Numbered from the stretch's first letter, positions 12,326 to 28,387 are shown. The stretch: 60,734 bases of DNA from Tubiluchus corallicola (GCA_030141605.1 JAQGDQ010001127.1:1-60734), one strand, 5' to 3'. A program made the numbers and translations. The notes: generated by a model not told the origin, from the letters alone.

Positions 12326-15270
12326 CTGAAAATTATACAAATTTAATCAAAAGGAAAACTAAGCCAAACACAATGTATTAGTAAAACTCATTTCTAATAC
12401 AACTCTGTTTAAAATATCAGGATGCTTTCACAAATTACTTCCGTTAGGGCTACTTTATGTACTTTGCTGAGGAACATCAATCTACATTTTCACATATGAC
12501 TTCCATGGCTCTCAGACTAATAGCTTTCTTGCCACACAGCTGTGACGAATCAATCAGTCAGAATCAGATGACGTGAAGCTCGTCGTCCGGCAACGTGGGT
12601 ACAAAATGGGGTAACATGAGGCACAATAACAATAGCTTCAAGGCTATAATACACATGAATTACAGGCCTCATTCCCAGATTTCTAATAAAGTAAAAGCTG
12701 AGAATATGAGAAAGCAGATTTAACTCAGGAAACTTGATCCAATGATAGAAAAAACAAAATGTGACATCCTAGCTGTGAAAGGACAAAAGACAGCAAACAA
12801 TCTACTATACTAATTCTTGCTAATGGCTTTATATATCTGCATCTGTGTGGGTGGTTGTGGATTTACAGGTACAGTCGAACCTTGTTAAACCGCCTCCCGT
12901 TATAACACTAACTATTACCTTGCCCGATTTCCATACAGTCAACCTTGCCTACTGCCATCCGCGAACGTATCTGCTGTGCCAAAAGTCTGTTTTACATAGT
13001 AAATTTACCCCGTTATAATGCCAGCCAACATAAAGTACAATGAATTGTTGTTGACAAACAAAAACAGCCTTTGTGTTGCAAAAACAATGACCTCTGAACA
13101 GAAAAACAATTACAGTGTTTTATTTTAGGTGTTGTGGAAGTGACTGTATGAAAATGAATGCTGAGGTTTTGAGCAAAGAACACGCATTTTAAGAATACAA
13201 GAGTTGCGTAGCTAAGCTTCAGTACAGAACTGATGTGAATTTAACGGCTGTAAAAGCTGTTTGACTCAAGGAAGGTCAAGTTATATGTGACAGCTATTTA
13301 TAGTCTTAATTATCTAGTAATGTTACATTGGGAGTGTGGGTGGGCTGTGTGGGTGCATATTTTTCTTATAGGAGACAGCAGTATTTAGCAAGATTGCTAC
13401 TTAAAATTGTGCTACCTAAAATATTTTCAACACACCGCCGTAAAACTACACTTGCATTAATTTTGTTAATGTACCAAAAATGTAGTGTAACACATGTATT
13501 GTTTTAGGTTTTAATATTATGCTATTTATGACATATTAAAATTAACTAGGAAACAAAATAGAGGTTACAGACTGGAATGGCTCTGATATTAAATGAACCT
13601 TGTGTTACTGCCAACCAAGCTATAGCACCATATTTAGTGGTGTCCCAGACCTGGCATTATAAACGACCTGTATAAAATTTTTGCAGTTAGAGCATCAGTG
13701 GCCTGACTAGTCTTGGCATTTCAAATGAAAAGTCCTAATCTAACCTATTCTCTTTCAAATTTACTTTTCAAACTACGGCCATCAGGCGAAATAGAGGGTT
13801 CACCCATTTTTTCACAAAACTCATAGGGTTGGATGACACATCTGATGATGGGAGTAATAGTCACAGGCAGATTTTGTCGGATTCCCAGCTGTTGATTCTC
13901 AAATAATTTGCATGCATGAAATTCTCACAAGGAAAGAGATTTGTGGTTCTCTGGAATTACGAGAAAATGAGTAATGGCCTAGCAATTTTTCTTACAGATG
14001 CTTATTTAGCAGCAAAATTTTGGCTGTAAACTATAACATACAACTTTATCTTACGACTCATGCAACTTTACGACTGTTCGCGTTTACGACCTGATCACAT
14101 TGTTTTTTAAATTAATTAATTATACAAAACCAATATTTGATTCATACAAGTTACACAAATTTTAAATTATTTGATTATTTGTTGAGAACAAAATGATAAC
14201 GTAACTGATGGTTTTATATTATTATTATTTTTTACTTTGCTTTAGCAAATTAACAAATGTTTTCTTTTTAACATGTTCAGCTTGATGTAATTTATTGTAA
14301 TTCTATGTTTTTTCTTTTTGTATTTATTGTACTGTGTACGAATACGAATAAATGATATAAATAAAAATAAATAAGACCTCATTATTTCCTTCTTCTTTTT
14401 AAGAAAATTAGTTTTAAATCACAATCTGTTGCGACAAATTCACCTGTAGGCACCAACTTAGTGTGCGTACAAATACAACAGCTTACGCGTAAGGGCGCAC
14501 CACTTGAACAAATGGGTCCAACTTCGTCCAAGTAGTCTTCCGACCAATTCGTTGGAGCTGAGTGTGGTCTCGTCGAGTACGAATTAACATTTGTTTTCAT
14601 AGTTATTTTGGTGATGACTGCCCAATGTAAAAGTATAAATTTCACCACAACTCTGCTCCGGGCCTATTTATTACTACTTCTAAGAACCAGTTTTCATTTG
14701 ATGATTCGACAAGCTATCCACTATGATTCCCTAGGGTACCAACGCACTACACTACATGCATCGAAACAGCTATTTATAGTTATAATATTTTATTCTATAA
14801 GTATGTCACATCTCACCCAACCCTTGAATAACTGCAATTTTGGTAATATTTCGATCTTATACTACCTTATACGAAGATCTACCATAAATCGACGTATTCC
14901 TTTAACACAGTAAAGTGATCTTGCATCAAAAGTGTAAGTTTACATACTTTAGTATTATACTAATGCAATTAGGGGTGCAATCAGCGGAGGAATCATACGG
15001 AAACCCACCATCTACTACGAAATTGCGTTGTCAATTGACTGTTCAAAATGCCTCACGCTAAGATTATGCAATATTCGAAATGACGAATTCGAAAGGTTAA
15101 AATTTCGCAAAAATTTGACTATTTCAGGTGGTTCACATGACTCACAAATACACTATCCCATTTAAAATATAGGGAAGGACAAATCATAGACAATAGGTAG
15201 TACGTTGAACTCAATCACAGTTAAAATATTTGAAATGTCTACTGTATAACATCACGGTTGAAAGTTACTA

Positions 15271-15561
<291 letters not shown>

Positions 15562-15803
15562 TTAAATAGTTTCTATTAAAGAACTAGTATAAATATCTCT
15601 AAAAATATAATTTGCCTTTTAACTTTATAGCTATTAAAATCTGTACTGTATAGTAATAGAAAAAATAGTGTATCTTCATAAATGTCTTTAAAATGTTTTT
15701 ACTGTTAAGTAATTTAATAGTAAATATTTATCCAATCTTGTCTTTTCTAATGTAAAGCATGCGAGCACTTATCAGGCCTAGATGGTTGACTTAGGCCTAG
15801 AGT

Positions 15804-16346
15804 CAGGGATGAGAATGACAAATTGCAAAATACTCTGAAACAGGCCGGGGGTTTTGGGGCCATCTAAGCCTCCAATGGGGTTGAATCACAAAGCCCCCTT
15901 GGAGCCAGCAACAAACGGCAATTTTGTGACCAAAGAGACCCTCTAAGTGGACTTAAAATATCAATTACCTTGTTCCAGCATAATTTAAAATACCCAACTA
16001 TCAAGGTACCTAACACATGATATACCCAACACATGATACCTAAATGTCTCAAAAACGCCTAATGACTGGCCGCTCCTATGCAAAAGTATATAAAAACTGT
16101 CTGCAATTGACTCAAATAACTCTGTACAATTAATTCTATATTTTTATACATAGAGATCTACACGTGGTTACACTGATGTACATGATGTAAACAAAGTGAA
16201 GGCCTGTCAACTAGCGGTCAACTTGTGAAATAATCTACTGGGTCCGTAAAAATGTTCTCAACGAATTTACGCGATTTACAAAAATGGCACTACTGGTCTT
16301 CCAAAAACTCAGAATTCCGCGTATCCGCGGAAAATTCTCATCCCTG
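15804..16346. mobile_element. hAT-like MITE in a CtBP intron
   Basis: Perfect 13-bp TIR cagggatgagaat / attctcatccctg; 8-bp TSD cctagagt / cctggagt (7/8 match). Confidence 0.85.
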
Positions 16347-16460
16347 CCTGGAGTATTTATGTTTGGCAGATCATTAGCTTCTTTAGATGCAGATAACATC
16401 CTTTCCATTCAGTTTGTTATAAAAGCAATTTAACTCTTACGGACTACTAAACAGCTCTTA

Positions 16461-16790
<330 letters not shown>

Positions 16791-18326
16791 TTAATTGCTT
16801 CATTTGATCAGAGCATGTGCTTAGTGACGGAAATTAAGTAATGCCATGTCAGGTGAGTAAATGGTTGGGTGCCAAAAGGGAAAACAGTTTCTGTACAGTT
16901 TCATCAGCTATACTGCCTCTGGTTATTTATCTCAAAGAGAGAAGACTGTACATGCATTTTAAATACAATTACTGGCTTTTACTGGAAAACTGCAGGGCAT
17001 CTGTGAGTAACTGTGTGATCAGTTTTTGCTTTGTAGCTAATATTTGTATTTGTATTTTACCTTCCTAGTACCATAATACCTGAGGCACACGTTTTTGCTA
17101 GTTTTTACTTTAGTATACAAATTATATGCATAATTATATTTTCATTTTACACAAGCATTTGCCTTTTGGCAGGAATTTTGTTTTTTTGTTATTGCCACAT
17201 GAAATTATTAAATAAACACTCAAATTATTCCTTATGATACAGTAGAATTCACTTAATAAATCAACAGATAATAAATCCAGCAGGTTATTGTGGCCACTTT
17301 GGCTGAAATGGAAATATATAATGCTTTAATGCTGTAAAATCCGCTACTTATTAAATCCAAATTCCGCTTAATAAACTGACCTTGCGAGTTGTAAACATAA
17401 TAAAATTGTAATATTACACAATTTAACTCAAGATAGATTATCATATTTGTTCTAAACATGTTTTACAAGTTTGTATTTTTTCTCTTAATTCTTTGTTTTT
17501 TACAGTTTACAATTTAATTTACTACTCTCTTAGTTTAAAGTGCAGAAGCATCAGCCAAGCACAAGTTCAGAGATTTAATTAGGATAAACTAACAGGCCAA
17601 TTCTAACTGATAAACCATTGTGCACATGAGAACATTAATGACTCAAATAAATAAATGCTGAATCTCACTGATATCTAAGATCTAAGAATACACTAATATA
17701 AAAAAACCAGTTGCAAAAATCTTTGTTACACAGACAATCTTTTAGGGCATGTGGCACGTATACTAGAACTTGCTGCTGTATGAACCAAGTACCCGTAGCA
17801 GTTCCAACACTGGCGTCTAAAATGAAAACTTATTTTTAAAAGCTTTTCATGATTCTTAAACATTGTTTTAGACTTGTATTGCTAATTTTTACAGTTTACC
17901 ACTTTAAATTTTAAATTGAAAATCTTTTTATCTTTAAGTTTTTTTTACCTAATTCGTAGACAATATTTTCATTCACGTTTGTAATTTTACAGTTATTTTG
18001 ATACTTAATCTAAGTTAAGAATGCACTGTAGACCTTGCGTGATTCTTAGAAATCAACTTAGATCTATTTTATAAATTTATGTAACTTACATGTTTAACAC
18101 TTATATTGTATTTACTGTAAAACATTCCAGAACATGAGAATGGGTGGCAAGCTATAGAAAAGTGAATAAACACAAACTTAAATTGAAATTCTGCAAGACC
18201 TCAGTAGCCAATATCTTGTAATTTTCTGGCAAAATTCCTCCAAACACAAAAACTGAATCTCACATAATGAATGCCGAGTATGCAACTAAAACTTTACTAC
18301 TTATACAATTGTTATTTCTGACTCAC

Positions 18327-18533
18327 CTAATCCCACAATGCCAAGCGTGTCACCGCGGATTCTGGCACAGCCTTGAGCAGCATCTCGGACGGCTTCAGAA
18401 TTACAGAATTTGCGCCCATCTTTGACCATGTTAGCGAGCCAGTAGGTTCTCCTGTACAGATTCAGTATGAGGCACAATGTGCTGTCTGCTACTTCTTCTG
18501 CCATGTATCCTGGGACGTTGCACACAGCTACAC
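18327..18533 (-). CDS. CtBP: CtBP coding exon 5
   Basis: Acceptor ctacag|GT and donor G|gtgagt. Translation GVAVCNVPGYMAEEVADSTLCLILNLYRRTYWLANMV...CARIRGDTLGIVGL. Confidence 0.97.
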
Positions 18534-18829
18534 CTGTAGTGAAGCAAATGTATCATTACTAATCCTGTCATTATTAGTTCAGCCCATAACTTCGTATAGA
18601 GGCTCATGTAAAAAAAACTTAGTAAAATATTACATAAAATCAACTGACATCATTTCCTGCTCGATGCTTGGTCATAATACACAAGAGTCTCTTGGATATC
18701 ACATCCAAATCAGTCTCTATTTTACAGATATAGGCTCGGAAAATCTTTTCTGCATATTTCAACACTTATGCACTTCACTAAAATACAACATTTCTATTCT
18801 TCACATGGATATCTTATAAAATATAGCCT

Positions 18830-19080
18830 CGTTAAAGGAAAAATCAACCCCAGAGCAACATTCATTGTATTTCAATGGAAATACCAACCTTCAAACAACA
18901 TTTCAAGTTATTTTAAACAAAAAACAAATCCTCAAACAACATTCAATGTATTTTGGAATAAATGCCAACCTCCAAGCAGCATTCATTGTATTTTAAAACA
19001 AAAATACATTTAAAATGCATCTTTTATGTTAATGTTGTTCAAGGGTTGGTTTTTCCTTAAAAATACAATGAATGTTGCGA
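18830..19080. repeat. Degenerate ~39-bp tandem units followed by inverted units (probable DNA-transposon relic)
   Basis: caacattcattgtattt-type units repeat about 4 times, then occur reversed (aaatacaatgaatgttg at about 19061-19077). Confidence 0.55.
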
Positions 19081-19758
19081 GAATTGTTTTTTGTACATAA
19101 TTCATTTACAGATATCTGTTGACATTCAGATAAGCATGCAATTCCCTGAGCGCATAATTAGCGCATGCCGAGCAGGTACCATAAGTTGATAGATTTCAGT
19201 TTTAGCTTGCTAAAATAATTATTCTGTTACTTTGTCTGGATTTATACCAAGTTATTATGCTACCATCAGTAACTGGTTTTGATTACACAGTTGGTAACAA
19301 GATTCATCAAAAAGCAAAAAACAGTATTAATAATCTCTAATTCAATGGATGAGATTGTTTACAAGTGATAATTGCAACTGTACCTGCAAAAAAAAGATTG
19401 CTCAAGCACCTGGCAGGATAAACATTTATACTGCACAGTAACCGGATGACGCCAATTTTTCGTTCAAAATGAGCGCGCACAAGTGTGATGTGATCGCGAC
19501 TTAAAATTGATTTTACAAATTACATGAGATGCTTATCACAGTTTATAGCTGAAACTTTAACATTTTTCACAAATATTAAAATAAACTCAACCTCCCAAGA
19601 GACTCGGCTTTTAATTTAAGTAACAGCATATTGGTCTGCTAACACTACTACATTCCAGAGAGTCATCAAGTACACAGAATAAGTTTCATAAGTGACGTGT
19701 TCTGAAAAACTACTAAAGTATTTGCCAACAGAAAATGAAAGTTCAGCAAATTAATTCA

Positions 19759-19983
<225 letters not shown>

Positions 19984-20834
19984 TCATCATGTTGACACTG
20001 CAGCCATGCTGCTCACAAAATTCTGCTGTGCATTTTATTCCACAAAACATGCTTCTAATAATTTGAAAAACTTAAAGAAAAACATGTCTCTCACTGTGCA
20101 ATACATGCTACTAATTATTATTATTATTATTATTATATTTATATATCTTTGAATACATACGTGCAGTTACAAGTGATTCAACTAAAAAAGGGTAAGTAGA
20201 CTACAGTAGCAAAAGTAAACTAAATATGAAACACTAATAAAAAACAAGCACAGATATTATTTACATACAAGAGGACATGGTGATTAATTTAAAAAGACAC
20301 CACATGGTCTTACATTTCTCTCAATTGATACTTTGATAAAAATTAAAATTCCTAATTTCTATACAACTTAAACAAACTTTTGCTAAGTTTATTCTGACTA
20401 GCTGAATGGGTGATAAATTGCATTCTTTCACAATCTTACGAGATAATGTGGAAAAATGTCAGAGTTACATTATTTTCTATAACAATTTTATACAAGTTGA
20501 AACCCATTACTTAGTTTACATCATGCAACGTATGTTTGGCTAACAAGTTAGCTATTGCATTATTACTAGACTCACAGGCTACAGAGAATAAAATAAACCA
20601 TTTGGCAAAGTGCTCGTTGTTATCAGTATAACACAAGAAACTAAACTCTAATAATAGTCATATTGAGCATGAATGGTGACAATTGACAACTGAAACGACT
20701 TGCTAAGATGTTACTTGAACACTTTCCATTAACATTACGAGCATGTAAAGCCATTAAGCAAAAAAAGCCTATAAGAGTTAACTGCTGACACATATAGCTA
20801 TAGTACAACGGCATTTAGCAAATAAAACTGACTA

Positions 20835-21197
<363 letters not shown>

Positions 21198-22619
21198 TTA
21201 GTTTCATTTTCAATACTTATCTCAGGAATGTTATTATTAATATAAATAAAAAAGCAATTAACTATGTAATCTTAATGTATTAACGCTTATTTTTATAACA
21301 AAGTAAAATGAGCAAGGGAAATAAAGTGAATATGAACAGTAAAAAACACATATTTCATTGCAAACTGCTTGTTAAAAAAACTCTGTTAAGTTTTATTGCA
21401 AAATATCTTTTCAATTCTAAAATTTTAACTGATAATTAAAACAGGAGAGAACTAAGTTAAAACAAATATATAAAAAATCACATTAAGATAACTCACTGTG
21501 TCCTACCAAGTTCTACACTTCTTTTGTTTACAGTGTTTTACATTCTGAAGCCGTTTCATTCTCTTACATACAGACATCACCGAGCAACAGTGATTCTCGG
21601 GCGCAGAATCGAACATTTGCCCTCCAGCAATAAAAGCTTCTGCAGTCAAACACGAAAGAACAAGCTGGTGGTTGACAGAGGCAGACAAACTAAAGTCATT
21701 TACACAGGTTTATATTTCTTCAGCTGGTGAAGCTAACCGGTATGTGCGATTAGGACAAATGTTCACTCAAAACCTTATATTGAATTATTTTCTGCCGATT
21801 AAAAAACACCAAATGAACAAAACATTCAGTGATTCAGGAAAAGGGAATGCAAATCTTGGTAAAATTATGTAGTCATGAATCTCCTCTCCTGTTCAATGTT
21901 GGTTACATAAATTTAGAAATCCAGCTTTATGTATTTCTGGAGACCCAACATGGTTCTTGAAATTTCATTGTAGATCTCATAAACATTTATGCAACCCGAT
22001 GCTCTTACGTGACAGAAGTGTTTAAATAGATTATAAAAACAAAATACCCTGAGAATAAATAACACAAAAAGCCCTGCTAAGTAAACTGACTCATTTGGTG
22101 CAACAAACTACATAAATTCAGCCACCCACATAATTGCATTTTTTACGTTTTTCACTTCAGTATTAAGAAATACATTTTTGCAAAAAAAAATCAAAAAAAC
22201 GATAAGTAACAGAATTATCTCCTCAAAAATAATAAAAATCATTCAGCACAGGTTCACAAAACCTGTAAATGCAATGCATCATAAAATGCTGAAATTGTGG
22301 AGAACTCTTTAACTATAGACTGTAATGAGTAGAATATAATTAATCGTTTATAGGTCATATAAGTAATACAAAAGAAAGTAACTATTCAACTTTATAAAAT
22401 GATACCCAAAAGCTAATCTAAAATGATGATGTTTTCAAACTACTAAAATTTAAAATTTGCTAATTACATATCAATTATAAGATAATGAGTGAGCAAACCA
22501 TAGAAGTATTATGAAGGCAAGGCGGTATTACAAAATGCTAACGCAATCAGTCAGATTCAAAAAGGTGGATTTGAGCAGCGTGTGCCATCTACCAACAGAA
22601 AATACAAACATGTCAATAC

Positions 22620-22800
22620 CTTGTGTGGGAGGAGCATTATGTGGTAAAATTCGCTGTCTTTTTACACCTCCTTTCTTTTCCAGTGATTTACTACTGGGAG
22701 GAAGGTCTATCTTAATTGGAGCATCAAATTCAGGGTCGGCAACTGGGACATCGCCTTCCTTTTTTTCTCCTCCAGGAAAATGTGCGCTGCAAACACGAAG
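22620..22800 (-). CDS. CtBP: CtBP coding exon 2 (C-terminal half of the THAP zinc finger)
   Basis: Acceptor ttttgcag|CTT (phase 0) and donor CAAG|gtattg (phase 1, compatible with exon 3). LRVCSAHFPGGEKKEGDVPVADP supplies the third Cys and the His of the C2CH motif. An alternative phase-1 donor about 27 nt further on cannot be excluded. Confidence 0.88.
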
Positions 22801-24361
22801 CTGCAAAATGAAGAACAACATTAAGAAATGCTTGCATAAATTTTTCATGTTCATTTATAAGAATGTCAAAGTCAATTTTGTGCAATACTTACATGTTATA
22901 TCAATAGTGATAAATAGATAAAAAAATAAATACATAAAGTCTATTATCGATCCAGATCATTTTAGAAAAATGTTTGGCAGGATCAAAAATATTAGAATAG
23001 ATGTATTGTAAAAAATTTTAAATACGGAAATTATGCTAATTAACCACAATACAGTATTCCATACTTGCTGAAATTCTCAAAGCATATTGATTTTTAATGT
23101 TGTTGGTTTTTGCTACACTCAAACATTGGTATCACTAATGATACAAACGTTCAAAAGATAATATTTTATTTTAAATCATTTTAAAATTAGATTACAGATT
23201 TGCATTCACTGAATTCATGTAATGAAAACGAAAAGAAGAGTGAAACACAAAAAGACTTTTCACTAATGATTAATGGCGATTACACACTAAGCAGATAAAT
23301 TACTGTAGCACTGTGAGTAACAAATAGACTAAAATACAGACGATAGCAATGGACCTATTTGCACATACATAAGAAAGAATGCTTCCACTATACAGGGAAT
23401 TTTAAGCTTTGTGAGAAATCAATTCGTTTATTATGAGTAGCCATTAAGACCAGGTGCTTCTTCTATAGCGAAGTTTGGCTTGGCTCTTGAGAATGAGACA
23501 TCAGAGACTCCTGTTGTATATCATCATTATATGTTCAGAAAATAAAGACAACAGCCAGCACCCGCTTGAGAAGAAAAGGCATGGTTTTCATTCAGATACA
23601 ACACCTGCGACGTTTTGACACAGTTACGGTCATGCTCATGCAACAATCGCCTAAATAAAAATACAGTGATCATGAAAATTCACTGTATTTTTGTTTAGGC
23701 GACTGTTGTGTGAACATGACCTTAACTGTGTTGAAACAGCGCAGTTGTGTCTGAATAAAAGCCATGTCTTTTTAAGCGGGTGCTGGCTGCCATTTTTATT
23801 TTGAGAATTTGTTTTCCCCATCAGCAATACAGTCAGAAAAAGCAGAAACTGCGACACACTCAATGAAAATGGAGCAAAGCATACAACATTTCTTTCACAA
23901 AAGCAAACAATGCATTATAAACAGCACTCTACTGGGTTACTGATTTGCAAAGAACTCCACAGAGCTGTACGTTTCGCCATTTTGTTGTAGTTCAGGTAAA
24001 TTAAAACATTGCTATTTACCCAGTGTGAGGTAAACAATGCATACTAAATTCTCAAAAACTTTAAATGCCTATTAACAACTAGCTTATTACCATCATTTCA
24101 GCCAAGTTTTTTATATTGTCTTGATTGTCATGGACTGGAGTTTGGCCAATAGGCATCGAAAAATTTGTTTCTGCCAGGACTAGATTTTTCGATGGTTAAG
24201 GAGAAATTCTCTGAACAGGTGATGTCGACAATGGCACAATACTGCATTCTAATTACAAGCAGATACTTTTAATAGTTTAACAAAAAAATTCACAATAGCA
24301 AAGCTAAATAGGCAATGACTAAAATGAGAAAGAGAGAAAAATAGAAAGAGTGAAAAGGAGA

Positions 24362-24369
<8 letters not shown>

Positions 24370-24457
<88 letters not shown>
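24370..24457. repeat. (GA)n microsatellite
   Basis: About 44 GA units read directly. Confidence 0.98.
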
Positions 24458-24459
<2 letters not shown>

Positions 24460-25085
24460 TTATGCAGCATCTACACGTGCAAATTACATTACAGTTACAG
24501 AATCATTTTGATGCATACAGTTTTAGGCTAAAGCATAGCTTGACAGGCCAAACTGTACGTGGAAATCTTAAAGAAAGGATGAAAAAATAAGATAGTGATA
24601 ATATATACATAGATGTGGGGGGAGTAGTGAAATGGAGCGAGATCTAGGAAAAACTGTGATCATGATTATAAAGTGTTCAGTAACCTGTTAAAGATAGTCA
24701 CGTTTTATTAAGATTACAGTGGAAAAAGAATGTAGGAGATTACCATTATCGTCTGCTAATGATAGTTACGGCATATGACTTACTTTCAGTATTAGTAGTC
24801 AATAATGAAATAATTATTAAATTTTTGAAACCAAACTCGACTGAAAGAAAAGAAATGCAAAAAAGTCGGGACTAAGACTGGAAATGAACTAGAAACTTTT
24901 GGTTTATAAGTTCAACACCATAGCCGTCGGATTGTTTGATGAGGCAATAGGATTGAAACAAAGTTTTCATGGTCACAAGGGGGCCGTTGCTATTCACGTG
25001 ACCACTATGACTAGGCCCCTAGTTTAAATTCAGGTTCAATCCTGACTCTTTCACATTATCCGTAAAGTCTGGTTTTGAAAAAATA

Positions 25086-25337
25086 TTAATTGTGGGTTAA
25101 TTGTGGTTTCATGATTCCACTAATACTACGGCAAAACCTAGGAATATCAATGAGCTTCAAATTAATCCTTTTTCTTACATTCTTCTTTTGAATTTGCAAT
25201 GTGTCTTCTACCTCAACAAATAAGGATGTTCTATACAATAAGTTATCCATATTTATGTCATCCTCGGCTAAAACCACTTTAACTGGGGCGTGGTTAGACG
25301 GATAAGCTCTTTCATTTAGTGCTTCAAAGACTTGCAC
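25086..25337 (-). mobile_element. Possible decayed LINE ORF2 fragment (end of the APE endonuclease)
   Basis: PSNHAPV resembles the terminal SDHxPV motif of APE endonucleases; there is no other support. Confidence 0.3.
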
Positions 25338-25918
25338 TCTTTTGATGCAATGCCTATAATTATCAAGCTATTTTATATACTTTGTCTATGTCAAGCTGCG
25401 ATATATATCCATTTTTCATTCTAAAAATAGCTCTACATCCTCTTTTAAATTGCTTATTGCTTACACGCAGATGGGTTAATATCAGTGATTCTTATTAACA
25501 TACATTATTCTGATACCATGGTCACTACAAAATTTATCAGAATTTGACATATAAATTTATATTCATTATCTGCTCGCTCTCGCATCAAGTCCCAACTCGT
25601 GAATTTAGGTCTGCTAGGATGCATACGCATCGCCCTTGCATGCTCTGCCGCGTTAATGCACATAAAATGGATATTGACGAAGGACTGAATATGAATGAAA
25701 GGGAAGTCACGTGAAGGAATGTAACAATCAGCTACCCAAACGTCTGGCAATAACTTGAACCTCACCCACACTTGGTCAACGTACTTTCATACTAAGTTCA
25801 CTATTAAATGTTCGCAATAAGATTTTACCAGTAGGGCTACATCTCCACGTTGACCCGCCCCACTTATGCTAGTTGATTTAAAAACTTCAAAACCAGATAC
25901 ATCAAAATGTAAGCTGGA

Positions 25919-26303
25919 CATGGTCGGATTATGAACTTTTGGGGCCCCTAGGCTAATGAAATTATGATTGGATCAATTATTATCCTCAGATGGAGCCGCT
26001 CTCTAATTCGCCACCCCCCCACCCGTAATATATATTTTTACTTGTGACATTTACACAGCTTGAAGTAACTTATTGCAAATTCTTTAAATGAACTAGAGTA
26101 GCTATCTTTTGTTTGTCAATAAAAATGTTCTTTAAGAAATATCAGTATTTTACCTTTTATAACAAACCAAATTATCACATATTTCAACACAGCCGTAGTG
26201 AAAAAAGGATTTGTTACCAAATGTTACCAAGGTTTGAGGGCCCTCAAAGCTTGAGGGGCCCTAGTCTGCAGCCTATAATAACCTATAGGATAATCCGGTT
26301 CTG
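25919..26303. mobile_element. hAT-like MITE, family A copy 2
   Basis: Termini catggtcggattat / ataatccggttctg; TSD aagctgga / aaggtggc (6/8 match). Shares long internal blocks such as cagcttgaagtaacttattgcaaattctttaaa with 11066-11545. Confidence 0.75.
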
Positions 26304-26324
26304 AAGGTGGCATTCACTTCATTT

Positions 26325-26785
26325 GAAAATATGAATAAAAAATACATATAAGTCTACTTTCAGTAGGTTGTTCAACAAGTACGATATGTCCGGCAAGTTC
26401 AGTATGTCCGTTAAGTACGGTACGTCCGGCAAATACGTCCGGAAGATATGAATCAAAATTACGTCTAAGTCTACTTTCAGTAGGTTGTTCAACAAGTACG
26501 ATATGTCCGGCAAGTTCAGTATGTCCGTTAAGTACAGTACGTCCGGCAAATACGTCCGGAAAATATGAATCAAAATTACATATAAGTCTACTTTCAGTAG
26601 GTTGTTCAACAGGTACGATATGTCCGTTAGGTACGATACGTCCGGCATGTCAGGCAAGTATGGTACATCTGACAAGTACAGCACGTCCGGCAAATATTAG
26701 TGGCTGGCAAGTACGGTACGTCTGGCAAGTCTAGTCGTCCGGAATAATGTCTTCCATGAAGAACGACGCGTCCGGCAAGTGCGTA
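26325..26785. repeat. 117-bp tandem repeat (about 3 copies) decaying into short gtccggcaagtacg subrepeats
   Basis: agtctactttcagtaggttgttcaac at 26351, 26468 and 26585. It accounts for the repetitive ORF 26319..26693. Confidence 0.9.
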
Positions 26786-27772
26786 TATATGAGAAATAAA
26801 TAGGAAACAAACCGCAAAGTTCGAATAACGATTGCTGTTATTGTATAATCTGGATGCATATGTAGGCACCCTTACCGTCTCAGCTAAAATTTTACTATCA
26901 TTCGCCATATTTATGCCTTAATTATTTATAAATCTCTTTCATGTTTTTGTTAATCATTTTCTTCTTGATTTAAGGTTACAACCTTGTATTTTCCATATAT
27001 TTGATTTACATACGTAACGCTTATATGCTGAAATAAATTAATTGAAATTCCAAATAAATTGCAAGTCTTTATTAAAACAATACAGAATTAATACCCACAC
27101 ATGCGGGAGAAAAATATAAATAACTATAAATAAACAATATAAATAGATATTAAAATTTTGAACTTTTATAAACCAAAAGTTGTGTCTAGCTTTGCTAAAT
27201 CACACACACGCTTGTTAATTAGTGCCATATTTTAGCTGTTAAAAAGTAATCTCAGCAAAAATTTTTGGACAAGAACAGGATCATATATGCGGGCTCTTAG
27301 AATTTTAACTAAACCCCTGCGGTTAAACGCTTACAATAATACAACGAGCTCGTAAGGTAATAAAAACCAGAAAAGAAAAGCCCATATAAAAATTTTTTAT
27401 GTATATATGTAAGAAAAGTTGCGGCTATAATAACTGTGATCGTAATTTAGTATGTAGAAAGCATTTAACGGCAAAAGAGCCGGTATACCGGTTAAACCAG
27501 TCGATTCATTATTAAATCTTATTCTCGCCGTGTACAGTTTTGAAGCTTGCTAGCGATTATCCTAATGTAAAAAGTGCGATTTATATTTGCTTGAAAATTC
27601 GAAAAGCTTCCATTCGACTCGATAAGATACAATTTAAAATGATATAATTTTATTTCAACACACGTGTAAAGGACGAAGCTAAATAAGGGAGCAAACGGTT
27701 TAACTTATTTTACGACATCTTTTACATGGAAAAAGGAATTGATATTTTTATCAAAGTTCTGGAGAATATATC

Positions 27773-28008
27773 ACACTACAGACTAGAGAGCTTTCTTTCG
27801 AGAGTTCTTTCTCTGATAGTAAACTCGCAAGTGTGAACGGTTTTGCAAGTTCTCTCGGCAAGCTACCGGGGGGGGGGGGGGTTCTTGCCGACGGTAAGCT
27901 TGAGTTGACACTCAGCGAAACTCGTGACAGTTCTCGCAAAGCCGTTCACATTTGCGAACTTAGTTCCAGAGAAAACTTGCGAAAGAAAACTCGTCAGTCT
28001 GAACGCGC
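27773..28008. mobile_element. Small MITE with degenerate ~30-bp TIRs
   Basis: Left cagactagagagctttctttcgagagtt versus the reverse complement of the right end, cagactgacgagttttctttcgcaagtt. Confidence 0.5.
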
Positions 28009-28387
28009 AATAAGTCGGTAAAAGCATTTTTTCCATTAATTTCAGTGCAGAGAGAAAATATGGAAGTCATGTGATTGTACTTGTTTGGGCTTAAATGCCA
28101 TAAGATATACTGGCTAAAACATGATTAAAATGTACTCCAATATTAGTTTCTAAGAATCACATTTAGTTAGAATCATTTTATTAAAAGCTTGTTTTCTCGG
28201 CTTACAAAATTAACAACAGAATTGCTTAAAAATAAATGCTGTAATCCTATTTCAAATACTATATAATTCTGACGACATTCGCTCTCATGTTAAATCAAAA
28301 CCGGGCCCAGTTTTAAATTGTACGTCACAACAATCTGCTTTTTAAAATATTGAAAGGGAACACACTATTTTTTCAAGAATGACTTAC

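Noticed and set aside
7000-13672. pogo/Tigger-like termini at about 7007-7195 and 12869-13672
   Set aside because: Probably old MITE relics, but the TIRs are too degenerate to fix boundaries.
18373-18819. Plus-strand ORFs 18373-18819, 20971-21201 and 22511-22921
   Set aside because: Antisense shadows of CtBP exons.
26319-26908. Repetitive ORFs (LPDVPYL..., leucine-rich-repeat-like)
   Set aside because: They are translations of a 117-bp tandem repeat whose length is a multiple of 3; there is no supporting splice structure.
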